Below are positions 9,348 to 20,057 of a DNA stretch of 64,000 nt, one piece after another; within the stretch, counting starts at the first letter, position 1; each line of letters begins with the position of its first letter. Position numbers and translations under genes: made by a program. Under the pieces are notes generated by a model. The model was not told the DNA's origin and searched no databases. It saw only the letters and a program-made list of their open reading frames with translations. This DNA is from a virus: positions 51,812 through 115,811 of the IMG/VR virus record IMGVR_UViG_3300042090_003221, one strand, 5' to 3'.

Positions 9348-9538
9348 GAGACGGCCCGCATCCGCAGCTCGCGCCGGCGTCTTGCGATGGCAGCCTTGAC
9401 CTCCTCGACGCCGAGAACCGACGGAAAGCGAGCGCTCATGCAATGACCCGTCACGTCGTCGAGATACGTTGCTGTCGTGCCGTATTGATCGCCGTAGACG
9501 TAGGGACGAACGATAATCATTGAAATAAAGTCGTTCAT
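9344..9538 (-). CDS. Small hypothetical protein
   Basis: ORF coupled to the MuF start (GTGA). Confidence 0.45.
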   Translation of the reverse strand: MNDFISMIIVRPYVYGDQYGTTATYLDDVTGHCMSARFPSVLGVEEVKAAIARRRRELRMRAVS

Positions 9539-9616
9539 GGTCCTACCCGTTCAAAACGCGCCTTACGAGGGCGCCGTGGATCCAGTCGACGTTGAGCCAC
9601 CACGCCATTGCCCCGC

Positions 9617-10030
9617 TCAACCGAAAGGATACCCCGCCCCCGCCATGAGCGGAGAGACGTGCATGCCGGTGAACATGGCGAGCGACTGCCCCGGCCCGAG
9701 CGCGAGGACGAATGTCTCGCGCGGTTCCCCCGCTGCGGCGCCGTCCCTGTCCGCGCCGAGGATTAGCAGAGGGGAGGCCTCAAGATCAGCGCTGCGGGTC
9801 GCTGCGCTGACCGTCAACCAGAAGCCCGGCAGATAGGCGTGTACGGTGACGGTCTGGCTGTTGCCGAACTCGTCCGTCGCCGTGGAGGTTGTGTCGCCCG
9901 CATCAGACCAGACCTGCAGGCCAAGATTGACGACGTCGAGTCTCCAGCCCTCAGCGGTGACGTAGGCGGCGAGTGCCGGGTCGGCGATGGCGTCGGCCGG
10001 CGTCAGAGCGCAGAAGAGGTAGTCGATCAT
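9617..10030 (-). CDS. Hypothetical protein, partner of the upstream fiber-like gene
   Basis: RBS gagg; directly follows the 10040 gene. Confidence 0.6.
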   Translation of the reverse strand: MIDYLFCALTPADAIADPALAAYVTAEGWRLDVVNLGLQVWSDAGDTTSTATDEFGNSQTVTVHAYLPGFWLTVSAATRSADLEASPLLILGADRDGAAAGEPRETFVLALGPGQSLAMFTGMHVSPLMAGAGYPFG

Positions 10031-10039
10031 CTCATCGCC

Positions 10040-11824
10040 TCAATTGTTCAAGAGATTGGGACCGCAAGATAAGGCCACGCGAGAAATTAGGCCATTGTAG
10101 GGGTTGTTGCCCTGTGCGTTGCCGATTGTGATTGGCGAAGCAAATGCGGGGAGGGCCGCTGCAACGGGAGCTGATAAGACACCATTGAAGCGGGACGTGA
10201 GCGTCGTTGTCGTGATGGAAGACGCAAACCTGCCAGAAACTCCCACGGACTGCGCCGCTTGCACTGTAGTGGCAAGGGTTGTCCCATTGTAGGACCACGC
10301 CGAGGGAATGCCGATAGTTCCATAACGTCGGTGCAGATAGTAACCAGAGCCAGCGGGCCAGTATAGCGCGACTTGATCCTGTGCGGTGCTGCCGGTGATT
10401 GGTTCATAGGGCGTCGAAACCGTCAGCATCGAACGCGAGGTAGACGCGCCGCAATTCGGGGCCGGGAGGTTGATTATCGTAAGCGCCCGTGTCACTGCGC
10501 CTGAACTCGTCAGTATCGGACCCGTGGCGAAACCCAGCGCCGAGTTGTCGGTTGGCGTCAGGTTGACGGTCGGGTTCGTCGTGAATAGCGCGCCTGTTAT
10601 CCCAATCGAGCCGACGTTCTGCGAGTTGTTGACAGTCCAACTAAGTCCGCTGCCGCCAGTGATGACGGTTCCGGCCGAAATTCCAGTACCAGTTAGTGTC
10701 TGCCCGATGACGATTGAGCCCAGTGAAACCGACGAGACGGTAAGCGTAGTTCCGGAAATGGCGCCTTGGAAATATGAGTCAAACAGGTACGCGCCAGCGG
10801 GGGGCAGGGAAGAGTAAGAACCTCCAACCGGGACAGAATTGACGCTTGCGACGCCGCCAGAAATGCTGACGTTGACCTGGGCGGTTGTAGTGCTCGTACC
10901 GAACGCAACGTACATATTTCTCGGCGTTGTGCCCGTTCCGCCAGCGCCGCCACTCGCAATCGCCGCGCTCGCGACGGTGGCGGGCAGGTTGGGGTTAAGC
11001 TCGATCTGCGGTTGCCAGAAACGTACCGTGACATCGACTGTAGCGGTCGATGAGTTTAAATTCACAACGAAAGCTGGATAAACAAAAGCCGTCGCGGACA
11101 GCAAGGGAGTCGCTGAAACGACCATCAATTGTCTATTAGCAAGAGCGGCTACCGACGTCGAAGACGTCTTGTTAGAGACAAACGATCCACCACTGTTGAC
11201 GAAGTCAACATTGTAACCTATTGAATTTATATTTGCGACATTCGGTGATGCGATAATCTGCGCATAAACGGACTGACTCCAAGTCTGTCCGTAACTCGCA
11301 GTGATCTGCGTTGACGCCTCGAATGATAAGCCAGGAAACTGATACGACGCCGTGCCGTAGAAGCGCACGTCGACGTAGTTCATGCCATAGCTGACGCCGG
11401 TCGAGACGATCTGCGTCGATAATCCCGGGGCGTAGAGAGACCAATACTGCGGCGGCGTACCCGGGGTTCCAACAACCGCACCCTGCATTGTTGAATTGCG
11501 AATCCCGTTCGTCCGCGCCTCCCACGCCCACAAGCCACAGCCCAGCGTGATCGCGGGAGTATTGGCGGGGAACGGGCCGTAGAGTTGGGCGTTGCAGACT
11601 TCATATTCCTGCGAGGCGCGCGAGACGTTAAGCTGGCTGGGCGTCAGGCCCCAATAGCGGGAGTGAGCGAAGTCCATGTCCGGGTTCGCGGCGGGCAAGA
11701 TCCAGCCGGGCGGATTCCCGATCACCGGGAAGATATTTTTCGAGACCGCGGCCGCGGAGCCGGCGCTGAGCAGCGCGCAAACCGCCGCGAATAGGCTGAG
11801 AGCCCTGATCAAACGCGAGGTCAT
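10040..11824 (-). CDS. Beta-rich fiber/spike-like protein with a signal-peptide-like N-terminus
   Basis: MTSRLIRALSLFAAVCALLSAGSAAA; S/T/G-rich; WEARTN..RNS motif seen in head spike/fiber proteins; LamG-like end. Confidence 0.6.
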   Translation of the reverse strand: MTSRLIRALSLFAAVCALLSAGSAAAVSKNIFPVIGNPPGWILPAANPDMDFAHSRYWGLTPSQLNVSRASQEYEVCNAQLYGPFPANTPAITLGCGLWAWEARTNGIRNSTMQGAVVGTPGTPPQYWSLYAPGLSTQIVSTGVSYGMNYVDVRFYGTASYQFPGLSFEASTQITASYGQTWSQSVYAQIIASPNVANINSIGYNVDFVNSGGSFVSNKTSSTSVAALANRQLMVVSATPLLSATAFVYPAFVVNLNSSTATVDVTVRFWQPQIELNPNLPATVASAAIASGGAGGTGTTPRNMYVAFGTSTTTAQVNVSISGGVASVNSVPVGGSYSSLPPAGAYLFDSYFQGAISGTTLTVSSVSLGSIVIGQTLTGTGISAGTVITGGSGLSWTVNNSQNVGSIGITGALFTTNPTVNLTPTDNSALGFATGPILTSSGAVTRALTIINLPAPNCGASTSRSMLTVSTPYEPITGSTAQDQVALYWPAGSGYYLHRRYGTIGIPSAWSYNGTTLATTVQAAQSVGVSGRFASSITTTTLTSRFNGVLSAPVAAALPAFASPITIGNAQGNNPYNGLISRVALSCGPNLLNN

Positions 11825-11832
11825 GCTCGATC

Positions 11833-12423
11833 TCAGTTCTGCGGGCCGGATAGCGACAAGGACAGCGTCGCGGAGGCGCCGGGAACGTCGGCGGCGACAG
11901 TTTGCAGGCAGGCGTAGAGGTTCTGCGTCGACGTGCCGTCCGCGTTCTTGTAGTCCCACGACAGATTCGTGAGGGGCGCGTAGGTTTTGGCGTCGCCGGT
12001 TGTGATCTGGGGGGCGGCAAACGAAATCGAGACCGGGCCAGCGCCGATGAGATAGGCGTCGTCGGTTGTGCTCGACGCGAAAGCTGCGTTGTCGGCGCAG
12101 GTCGTGTTGGTTGGGTTTTTGTTCCACACCCGCACGACATAGGTCTGCGTCGAGCCCCAAGAGGTCCAGGCGAGCAGCGACGTGATTATGCCTGAGCCTC
12201 CGTTGCTCCGCCCGAGCGGAATGGTGATCAGTCCGCCGACGGACACGCCCGCGGCGTGCGACGCCGCGGCAGGAGAGGTCGTCGTATGCTGTGGGCCGCT
12301 ATCATAGCCGCCCACCGCTCCGAGGCTGAGCCCAGGCAGCTGCGGCGGGTCAGCATACGCCGGGATGGTGGCAAGCATAGACGCCGCCAACAAGGCCGTC
12401 GACGCGAGGAAAAGCCTGTTCAT
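11833..12423 (-). CDS. Exported-looking beta-rich protein
   Basis: Signal-peptide-like MNRLFLASTALLAASMLATIPAYA; RBS ggag. Confidence 0.65.
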   Translation of the reverse strand: MNRLFLASTALLAASMLATIPAYADPPQLPGLSLGAVGGYDSGPQHTTTSPAAASHAAGVSVGGLITIPLGRSNGGSGIITSLLAWTSWGSTQTYVVRVWNKNPTNTTCADNAAFASSTTDDAYLIGAGPVSISFAAPQITTGDAKTYAPLTNLSWDYKNADGTSTQNLYACLQTVAADVPGASATLSLSLSGPQN

Positions 12424-12460
12424 ACGTAGATCTCCATGAGAGTTGAAGGGTCAGCGCCCG

Positions 12461-14467
12461 CTACGTGGAGGGCTTGAGCGGCTTGGTCACTTCGGGCGAT
12501 GCCGGCGGCGAGCCCTTGGCTGCAGGCTTCGGCGCCGGCTTCGGCAGCTTCGGCGGCTTCAGCGCGGCGAGCTGGTGCGCATGAGGCGCGGGGGCCGCCG
12601 GCTTCGGGGCCGCAGGAGCTGCGGGAGCACCGCCCTCGGCCGGGAGGTCACCACCCAGATCGCCCGGCTTTCCGGGGGATCCGCCTGGATTTGCGCCACC
12701 CAGAGCACCGCCCTGTTCCGTCCCGCCCGGGGCGCCGGGAGCGCCCGGCGGGCCGCCCATACCCGGCGGCATGCCCGGGGGACCGTCGCCCTGCGGCTCC
12801 GGCGGATCCTCGTCGGCCTTCGCGATGTCGTCGTCGGTTATCTCGATTCCGACGCCGGTGACCGCGGACGAGGTCCGGATCATCTGCAGCGCCTTCTTCG
12901 GCCCGATCAACTGCGCGTCGAGCATCTTGGTCACGGCGTCGACGACCGTGCCCGCCATCGTCGCCTTTTCAGCATGCGTCATCGGGTAGGGGACGCTCGC
13001 GTCGGAGTTAAGCGCGGCATAGGGGCCGTCGGTGTCGGCGGTGACGCGGTTGCGCTCCTCTTGACCCGAGATCGCGCGCGACTCCACCAGCGTCTTGCCT
13101 GTGTCCGCGTCGGCCTTGCGCAGGTCCGCCTTCTCCTGTTCGGTAAGCTCGATCAGGGGCACGAACTTGAAGATGATGTCCTCGTCGACGTCCCCGAACT
13201 CGTCGAGCTGGATCACGCGAACGACGGTCTCAAGATTCGGCCGCAGGGTCGCTTCCTGATAGGAGAGAACACGATCCTCCCAGCAACGCATTTCCTGATC
13301 GCCCGACGCGTTGAGGCCGCTCGGCGAAATGCCCGTGAGCTTGACCAGCGGGATCTGCGTGATCGACGCCATGTGCTCTTGCGCCTGGGACTGGATGCCC
13401 TCGAGGCCGGAAATGGGCGCGGAGACGTTGGCGAACGCCTCCTTGTCCTTGTCGATCGCCAAAACGCCGCTGTTCGTTTTCGTGGCGTTGAAGACGTCGA
13501 CGCGGTTGAAGAAGGCCTCGCCGCCGCCGCCCGCGAGGATATCGGCCATGTTCGTGGAGAGCACGAACGTCGAGAACGCCTTGACGATCGAGGTGACGCC
13601 CTGACGGACGTCCAGCCAGTTGTCGACGTAGGGGCGCGCCATCTGCGTGGCGCTGAGGCCCGCGAACGCATAGGCGGGCTTCAGAATGTCGGGGACCTCG
13701 CGCGCCACAAAGGTCAGGAACCGGCTCGCATGCACTTGCTGGCCGAGCACGAACCACTGCGAGGGCTTATAGAAGTCGGCCGCCAGCGGGTTGCTGGAAT
13801 TGTAGCTCTGGGGGAAACACCAGACGGGCTCCACGACCCTGATATCGCGCAGCGTGCCCTGTACGATCTTGGCTTTGGACACGTCGGAGTTGCCGCGGCC
13901 GATGTCCTCGATGAGCTCCGGCCCTTGGACGTCGCCGAAATCCATGAACCAGTGACCGCGGCCGAAGAGGCAGTCGTGCTCGAGAACCTCGCGCGCCTTG
14001 GACTGCAGGTTGAGGCGTGTGATCCTCTCCTCGATTTTCTTGATCCGCTCCTTCTTGTCCTTCCCACCGGCGCTTGAGAATTCGATCCAGTTGCGGCTCG
14101 CTTCGGTCGCGACCGTTTCGGCGATGAGGCGGTACTCGCCGCGCTGCGCGAGGATCGAAAGCAGCGGGAACCCCAGGAACTGCTGCCCTTCCTCGGAGCC
14201 CCAGCCGCCGCTATAGGCCCAGGACTCGACCTCTTGAGCGCTCGCCGCGTCGTCGAGCGCCATCTCGGGCGTCCCGGCCGGCACGACGCCGGGGCGGGGC
14301 TTGTAGGCCTCGAACACCCTGCCTCGCGCCGCGGACGCGCCGCGCCTGCTCTTGGCTCGCGCCGCCGTCGCTGCGGAGACAGCGAACTTCTCCGGCGCCG
14401 GCATCAGGGCAAGCGCGGCCTTCGCCGTCTTGCCGCCCGAGCGCTTGACTTTGGTCTTTTTACCCAC
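12461..14467 (-). CDS. Portal protein (DUF1073-type) with a Pro/Gly/Ala-rich tail
   Basis: Immediately after TerL; FLGFPLLSILAQRGEYR, IPLVKLTGISPSGLNASG. Confidence 0.88.
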   Translation of the reverse strand: MGKKTKVKRSGGKTAKAALALMPAPEKFAVSAATAARAKSRRGASAARGRVFEAYKPRPGVVPAGTPEMALDDAASAQEVESWAYSGGWGSEEGQQFLGFPLLSILAQRGEYRLIAETVATEASRNWIEFSSAGGKDKKERIKKIEERITRLNLQSKAREVLEHDCLFGRGHWFMDFGDVQGPELIEDIGRGNSDVSKAKIVQGTLRDIRVVEPVWCFPQSYNSSNPLAADFYKPSQWFVLGQQVHASRFLTFVAREVPDILKPAYAFAGLSATQMARPYVDNWLDVRQGVTSIVKAFSTFVLSTNMADILAGGGGEAFFNRVDVFNATKTNSGVLAIDKDKEAFANVSAPISGLEGIQSQAQEHMASITQIPLVKLTGISPSGLNASGDQEMRCWEDRVLSYQEATLRPNLETVVRVIQLDEFGDVDEDIIFKFVPLIELTEQEKADLRKADADTGKTLVESRAISGQEERNRVTADTDGPYAALNSDASVPYPMTHAEKATMAGTVVDAVTKMLDAQLIGPKKALQMIRTSSAVTGVGIEITDDDIAKADEDPPEPQGDGPPGMPPGMGGPPGAPGAPGGTEQGGALGGANPGGSPGKPGDLGGDLPAEGGAPAAPAAPKPAAPAPHAHQLAALKPPKLPKPAPKPAAKGSPPASPEVTKPLKPST

Positions 14468-16091
14468 GTCGCATCCCTCGCGGCGGCACGCCGGCCCGGC
14501 GCATTGCCTCTTGACTGATAATCATTGGTCGATTGACGCCTGACATTCGGATCATCACGGCGTCGGCAAGGTTCGGCGACTTTGTGCCGTCAGGCGCCTT
14601 GTTGATGACGATCTTGCCGACGGTGTTTGTTTTGAACGTCGGTTGCGATAGCTCGGCGACGAGCTTGGCACGGTGCTTGAGCCCTAACGGAATCGAGATC
14701 AGCTCATCAGGGCTGGCCTTGACGCCCTCAGTCACGGCGCGGAATGTTTTCTGAAAGCGGGTCCGCAAGGACCACCACTTTTGCGCCTTGAGGTTCAGGA
14801 AGTAGTCTTCGTTTTTGCGGCCCCTGACGTCCTCGGACGATGGCTCATCGACGCCAGCGGAGCCGCGGAACATTTGCACGCTGATGGTGCGAGCGTTGCG
14901 CTTAGCCCGCTCTTCATTGATCACGCGTGCGTCGCCGCGCACCCCAGCGCCTAGACCGTCGCCGTCGTAGGTGAAGCCGTCGTAGCCGTGCTCCTCGCAG
15001 AAGCCAAATACCTTGATGACGGTCCCGAATATGTCGTCGCCCTTGCCGGACCACTCCTCGAGCGCCTCGAGCACGACGCCGTGCGCGCCGCAGTACGCGT
15101 TGAGATCCTTGCCCTCGTCGGCGACATCGAGCGCGCCGTAGCGCGAACCGGTCGGCTTGAAGTCGAGCACGACATGGGCGTCGATCGCGGCCTGGACCCA
15201 GGCGGAGGGAATGAGGACGCCTGCGACCGAAGACGCGAAATCGATGTCGATTTCCTGCGCGATCGTGACGGGATCGAGGTCGACGAGCTGCTTCTGATAC
15301 CAGACCTCGTCTTTGCGAGGATCGTCACGCCAGTGGAAGCGGAAGACCCTCTCCTCGGGCCATTCGACGACCTTGCGGTGGAACGGGTTCCCGAGGCCGT
15401 TCGCGGTGCTGATATCGATGCGGCATGTCGTGGTTTGCGATAGCGCGGCGTCGACGGTTTCGGGCCGCTCGAGGTACGCGGCCTCGTCAACGAAATAGAT
15501 CGAGGCGCGGTCGCCGCGGCCGATGTTGTCGCCGGCCTCGCCGGTCATGATCGACTCGGTGTCGCGGAACATGATCCGCATGTACGGAGCGTCGTTCTTG
15601 GGGTCGAAGTTGCCGCGGAACTCCGGCGGCAGGAGCTCGACGAACTTTCGCGCCTTCCAGAACAGGGACTTCGGGGCGCCGAGCTTGTCGACGTATTCCT
15701 CTTTGCGTGACCCCCAGCCGATCGCGACGCCCTCGTTGAACAGGCAGAGCGTGCAGGACAGCGCGATGGCGACCCAGGACGCGCCGGACTCACGCGACTT
15801 CGGCGACACCCCGGGCTCGCAGGCGCGCCAGCGCGCTAGGATCCAGTTCACGAGCTCGCGCTGGCGCGGGAACAAAATAAAAGGAACGATCGGCGGGAGC
15901 CCAAGCGCGATGTTGCGCGGGTCGAAAGTGCAGCCCCAATCCGAGATGAAGTCGGCGGGGTTATCTTTGTAGTGCGCCCTCAGCGCCGGGAGGAGCTCAG
16001 GTTTGGCGCGGATCTCTCTATAAGTCTTGGTTCTTTGTGCGAAAACCCGGGGGTAGTCCGGATTCTTGTGGTCGAACCAATCAAGGTGCAT
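14460..16091 (-). CDS. terL: Terminase large subunit
   Basis: KSRESGASW Walker A-like, YFVDEAA Walker B, ISTANG, LDVADEGKD and SPNLADA nuclease motifs. Confidence 0.95.
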   Translation of the reverse strand: MHLDWFDHKNPDYPRVFAQRTKTYREIRAKPELLPALRAHYKDNPADFISDWGCTFDPRNIALGLPPIVPFILFPRQRELVNWILARWRACEPGVSPKSRESGASWVAIALSCTLCLFNEGVAIGWGSRKEEYVDKLGAPKSLFWKARKFVELLPPEFRGNFDPKNDAPYMRIMFRDTESIMTGEAGDNIGRGDRASIYFVDEAAYLERPETVDAALSQTTTCRIDISTANGLGNPFHRKVVEWPEERVFRFHWRDDPRKDEVWYQKQLVDLDPVTIAQEIDIDFASSVAGVLIPSAWVQAAIDAHVVLDFKPTGSRYGALDVADEGKDLNAYCGAHGVVLEALEEWSGKGDDIFGTVIKVFGFCEEHGYDGFTYDGDGLGAGVRGDARVINEERAKRNARTISVQMFRGSAGVDEPSSEDVRGRKNEDYFLNLKAQKWWSLRTRFQKTFRAVTEGVKASPDELISIPLGLKHRAKLVAELSQPTFKTNTVGKIVINKAPDGTKSPNLADAVMIRMSGVNRPMIISQEAMRRAGVPPRGMRRG

Positions 16092-16120
16092 TTGCGGCTT
16101 ACGGCTCTATCTATGAGGCC

Positions 16121-16159
16121 AAAACGAAGCGGCCCGGCTCATTGTGAGAACCGGGCCGC
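16121..16159 (-). terminator. Probable intrinsic terminator upstream of terL
   Basis: GCGGCCCGG...CCGGGCCGC stem followed on the minus strand by TTCGTTTT. Confidence 0.55.
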
Positions 16160-16274
16160 AGGCGTCGATCCGCGTCGACGCTCGCCTACTCGAACCGTCC
16201 GTCGCCACAGTCTGGGGCGCTCGGGTTGCCTTTGGTTCTTTCGCTAGTATTTCAGAACGGCAGTAGCCAGCGGG

Positions 16275-18957
16275 TTACGCGGCGTCGGGCGTGCCCTTGA
16301 TCGCCATGCCCGGAATCCATCCGAGCTCGCGGTTCCAGGCGCTCCGGACAGCCGCAAGCGCCTCGTCGGCGGTCAGGCTATCGATGATGAGGAAATCCAC
16401 GTTGATCTTGTCTTTGGCGAACGTCTTGCGGAGATAGACCTCGGTCGGCGTCACCTCGGCGATGACGGCGTCTGCAAGCCAGCTGACGCAAGCCATCCGC
16501 CTCTCGGGCGCCGTGACGAACGTGGCGCGCTCGTTGATCCAGAGCCGGTCGCCGTCGCGGGAACCGCCGACGCACGGGAGCGAGATATGATCATGCGGCA
16601 TCAGGCGCGTTCCGCAGCGCCGCGGCGCTCGCGGGGGACGGTCACCACGCCACCGACTGGACGCCATGCACGATCTGCCCGCGGTCATCGAAGCACGGCT
16701 TCTGCAACAGCCAGCGCTTCGCCTCTGCCTCGGCCATCACGCCGGAGCCGGAGCGGGCGCATGACGCGACGCCGTTGAGGTCGTATCGGATCTCGGTCCC
16801 GCATCCGTGCGTGGTGGAGTAGTGGCGGACTCGGACGTTCGAGATCACCCGCTTCAGCGCAGTCATCGCGCGCATCCGTCCGCCGCGGCGTTCAGGTCGC
16901 CGGCGATCCGGCGAGCTTCGTCTCGCGAGATCATCCATCCGCCGAGAAACTCTCCGTCGGCGGTGAGCTCGAACGCAACCTTGCCGGTCGCCCGGGTATG
17001 AGGCGTGCTGAAGACGCGAAGACCATCGGTCAGCGCCGGCGCGGGCTTTTGCTTTGCAAGCTCGGCGGTAGCCCAGCGGGTGAAGGCGTCGGACGGCGGC
17101 GGGGCGGCAATCGACCAATGCCTGGGCAGATCTAGGCAAGCCCGCTTGTCTTTGGCGTAGAAATCGCGAAGGGCGGCGTTCGGCGGGAACGCGACGGCGA
17201 GCACGCGGGCGCGGAAATCGGCGTCCGTCTCGTCGCGTTGGCGAGGCGCCCGGTAGGGGTAGTCGTCGGGCAGCGCGCCGAAACCGAACTCCTCGGAGGC
17301 GCGGTCGAGATCGGCGCCAGTCGCGGTCATGATGCCGGCCGGCTGAATGGACTCCGGCTCATATACGCGAGCGGGCGCGTCTATAGTGTCGCGCCAGAGC
17401 AAACGAACGTTGTCGGGTTGCATGCTGACGACGAGACGCTTTTCCGTGTCGGGAACGCGGCCGGTGACGGTGACGACGCCGGGCATGCCGTGATGCGCGT
17501 AACCAACGTCGACGTGCTCGGCGAGTTTGTCGTCGATCAGCGCGCGCAGCACTTGGTCGAATGAGGCCGCCTTCGGGTCATGTTCCATCGGGTGCCTTCC
17601 GGGTCAGGGTGTAGACGCGCTCGCGGTAACCGCCGGGTGCGCCGATCTCAGGAACAGATACGGTCTTGATGCCGCGCGCGGCGAGCTGCAGCCACTTCGC
17701 GCCGGCGAGCGCCTCGGCCTCGGTCGCAAACCCGTCGAGCGCGGCGACGTCAGTTTCGATCCGCCAGCCTTTGGCGGCCTTGATGGCGCGAGGTTCGGTC
17801 ACGCGTTTCTCATGTTGATTTGCTTTGCCCGGCGACCTTCCCAGCCTTGCGCATGCGGTCGAAGGCGACGGTGAGATTGCCCTCGTCGAAGGCGCGGCGG
17901 GCGCGCTCGAGATGCGCCTGCGGCCGTCTGCGCACGATCTCGGCGAGCGTCAGATACGGCGTAGACGGCGCGACGCCGTCGCCCCAGGATTCGATGCGGG
18001 CGCTCACGCCGCGGCGCCCTCGTATTTGGCCTTGAGCGCGGCGAGCGTATGCCGCTCCATTGCCTCCTGATGCGCGACGGCGCGCTTTAGCTGGACGGCG
18101 CGGTCTTCCGCCATGAGCTTCTCGCGCTTGGCCTCGACACTCTTCACGAGATGACCGAACGCGGTGTCATCGAGGTCGAAGATCTTCAGGTCGGAGACCG
18201 GAGCGGTGTGGACCTCGACCTCGCCGTCATGGTCGCCTCTAGACCAGCGCAGCCAGACAGTGTCGTCTCTGGCTTCGAGCCAGACCAGCGCATCTTCGTC
18301 GGGGGCATGAAATCCAGCCGCTTGCGCCAGCGGAACCGCGCGCTTGAGGGTCAAGCGATTGAGCTCGTCGATCAAGGCGATGACTTTGGGCGTGCTCTCG
18401 ACCGGCGCGAAATCCTCGCCGTCATGCCACCCCAGCTTCGGCTCCGCCGGCGCGCTCGCCTTCTCCGCGCCGCGCACCTCGACGCTCACCGTGACGACGG
18501 TTCCGGGCTCGACACTCTGCAGCGCGGTGCGGACCGGGGAATATTCGTCCCCGAACATGGCCTCCAGCCAGCTCGGGCAGCCGTCTATGTAGTTCCCGCG
18601 CGCCCCGCCATCGCGGAAGTTGTAGGTGAGCTCGACCTTCATTTACCGCTCCAGCGCCTTGCGTTCAGCTTCGCTGGCGATACCAAAGTCGTCGGCCTAT
18701 GCAGTTACCTTGAAGCTGCTCTCATCGAACTCGATCAGACGCCCCTCGATCTTGGCGGCGTGAAGCAGGATCAGATAGGCGAGCTGGCGCGCGAACGCCG
18801 CGGTGCAGCGCAGGGTTGCCGGGGAGCCCGTCGCGAAGTCGTTCAGGGCGAGCACGACCCGCTCCTCCTCCTCGCAATAGGTGACCTCGACGCCCTGCGG
18901 GTTCGCGACGGGGCGGCCGCGAGCAGGGGAGGGGATGGTCCGCGTCGACGCGGTCAC
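16275..18957 (-). other. Run of small coupled hypothetical phage ORFs between terS and terL (e.g. 16275-16601, 16863-17588, 17578-17802, 17810-18007, 18004-18642)
   Basis: Abutting or overlapping minus-strand ORFs; no recognisable motifs. Confidence 0.55.
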
Positions 18958-19559
18958 GCCGCGCCGCCTCTCATGAGCGCCTGATAGACCCTCGCCGCTT
19001 CGACGGGGTCGATGGGGGGCGGGGCCGTTCCCGGCGCCGCTCCGGCTCCCGGCGGCGGCGCCACGGCATCGAGGTTGAACGCCTGACGCTCCAGGGGGAT
19101 CAGCCGGGCGGTGACGCGCGAGAGCTTCTCGAGCAGGTCGCCCGGGCTCTCCTTCTCGCCCATGAAGTTCTCGACCCCGGAGCTGCCCCCATTGAGCTTG
19201 GCGGCGAGCGCGTCGGCGAGGACGCGCTTGATGCCGTGGAGCTGGCTGATATCGCGCCGGTGCGTCAGCGTGACATCGAGCCCGCGGAGCGATGCAGCCT
19301 CGACGATCTCGGCGTTGCTCGCCCGTGGGGACTGCGTACCGTCCTGCGTACCATCGACGCGTACCAGCTTCTCGCGTACCGCCTCGCGTACCTTGTCGGC
19401 GAGGGCGCGGGTCCATTGGTCCCTCTTGGCCCTCTTACGGATCGCGCCTTCGGTGACGCCGGATATATCTGCGATCTGGCGGATGGAGAGCTGGCCGGCG
19501 CGGAACTCGCGCTCGATCATCTCCCAATCGGCACGGGGCTTCTCGGGCTTGTCGGTCAC
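18954..19559 (-). CDS. terS: Terminase small subunit
   Basis: DWEMIEREFRAGQLSIRQIA...EGAIRKRAKRDQWTR HTH; LIPLERQAFNL; GTG start overlaps the upstream TGA. Confidence 0.8.
   Translation of the reverse strand: MTDKPEKPRADWEMIEREFRAGQLSIRQIADISGVTEGAIRKRAKRDQWTRALADKVREAVREKLVRVDGTQDGTQSPRASNAEIVEAASLRGLDVTLTHRRDISQLHGIKRVLADALAAKLNGGSSGVENFMGEKESPGDLLEKLSRVTARLIPLERQAFNLDAVAPPPGAGAAPGTAPPPIDPVEAARVYQALMRGGAA
19334..19392. repeat. Five GCGTACC direct repeats inside terS (candidate pac site)
   Basis: Copies start at 19334, 19346, 19359, 19374 and 19386, in two different codon frames. Confidence 0.6.
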
Positions 19560-20057
19560 GGCTTGAGTGTCTGGGTTAGGGTGGCGGGGTTCGTGACGAG
19601 GGAGGGCGCGGCCGCGGCGGCGCCCGCGTAGGGGGCCGAAGGGGCTGAGGGGGCACGGCGAGGGCAGAGCGCGCCCTTGCACGTCGCCTCGCTACCGGGC
19701 GGGCAGACGCAGCCATGGGGAGAGGGCGGGACGGGATGCACGGGCACGAACCAGCCCGGGTCGCGCGGCGGCATAGGCAAGCCAATCGGCGGATAGGGTG
19801 CGTAGGGCGCGCCCCCAAGCCCGGTCGGGCACCGGTAAGGAGGAACCCGGCAGGCTCCCGTACACGCGCACATCATCGCTTCGGCTTCCGTTTTGGTTTC
19901 GGTGGCTTCGGAGGCCTGGGGGCGGCGAGGGCCTCCCGGGCGGCGACGAGGCGAGCGCCCTTGTCGCGGGTCGGGCCGACGAAGACGGTCTTGGCGGTCG
20001 ACTTCGCGGGGTCCTTGGGGATGGCAAGCGGGGCGCGGGGCGCGTCGACGAAGCGGA

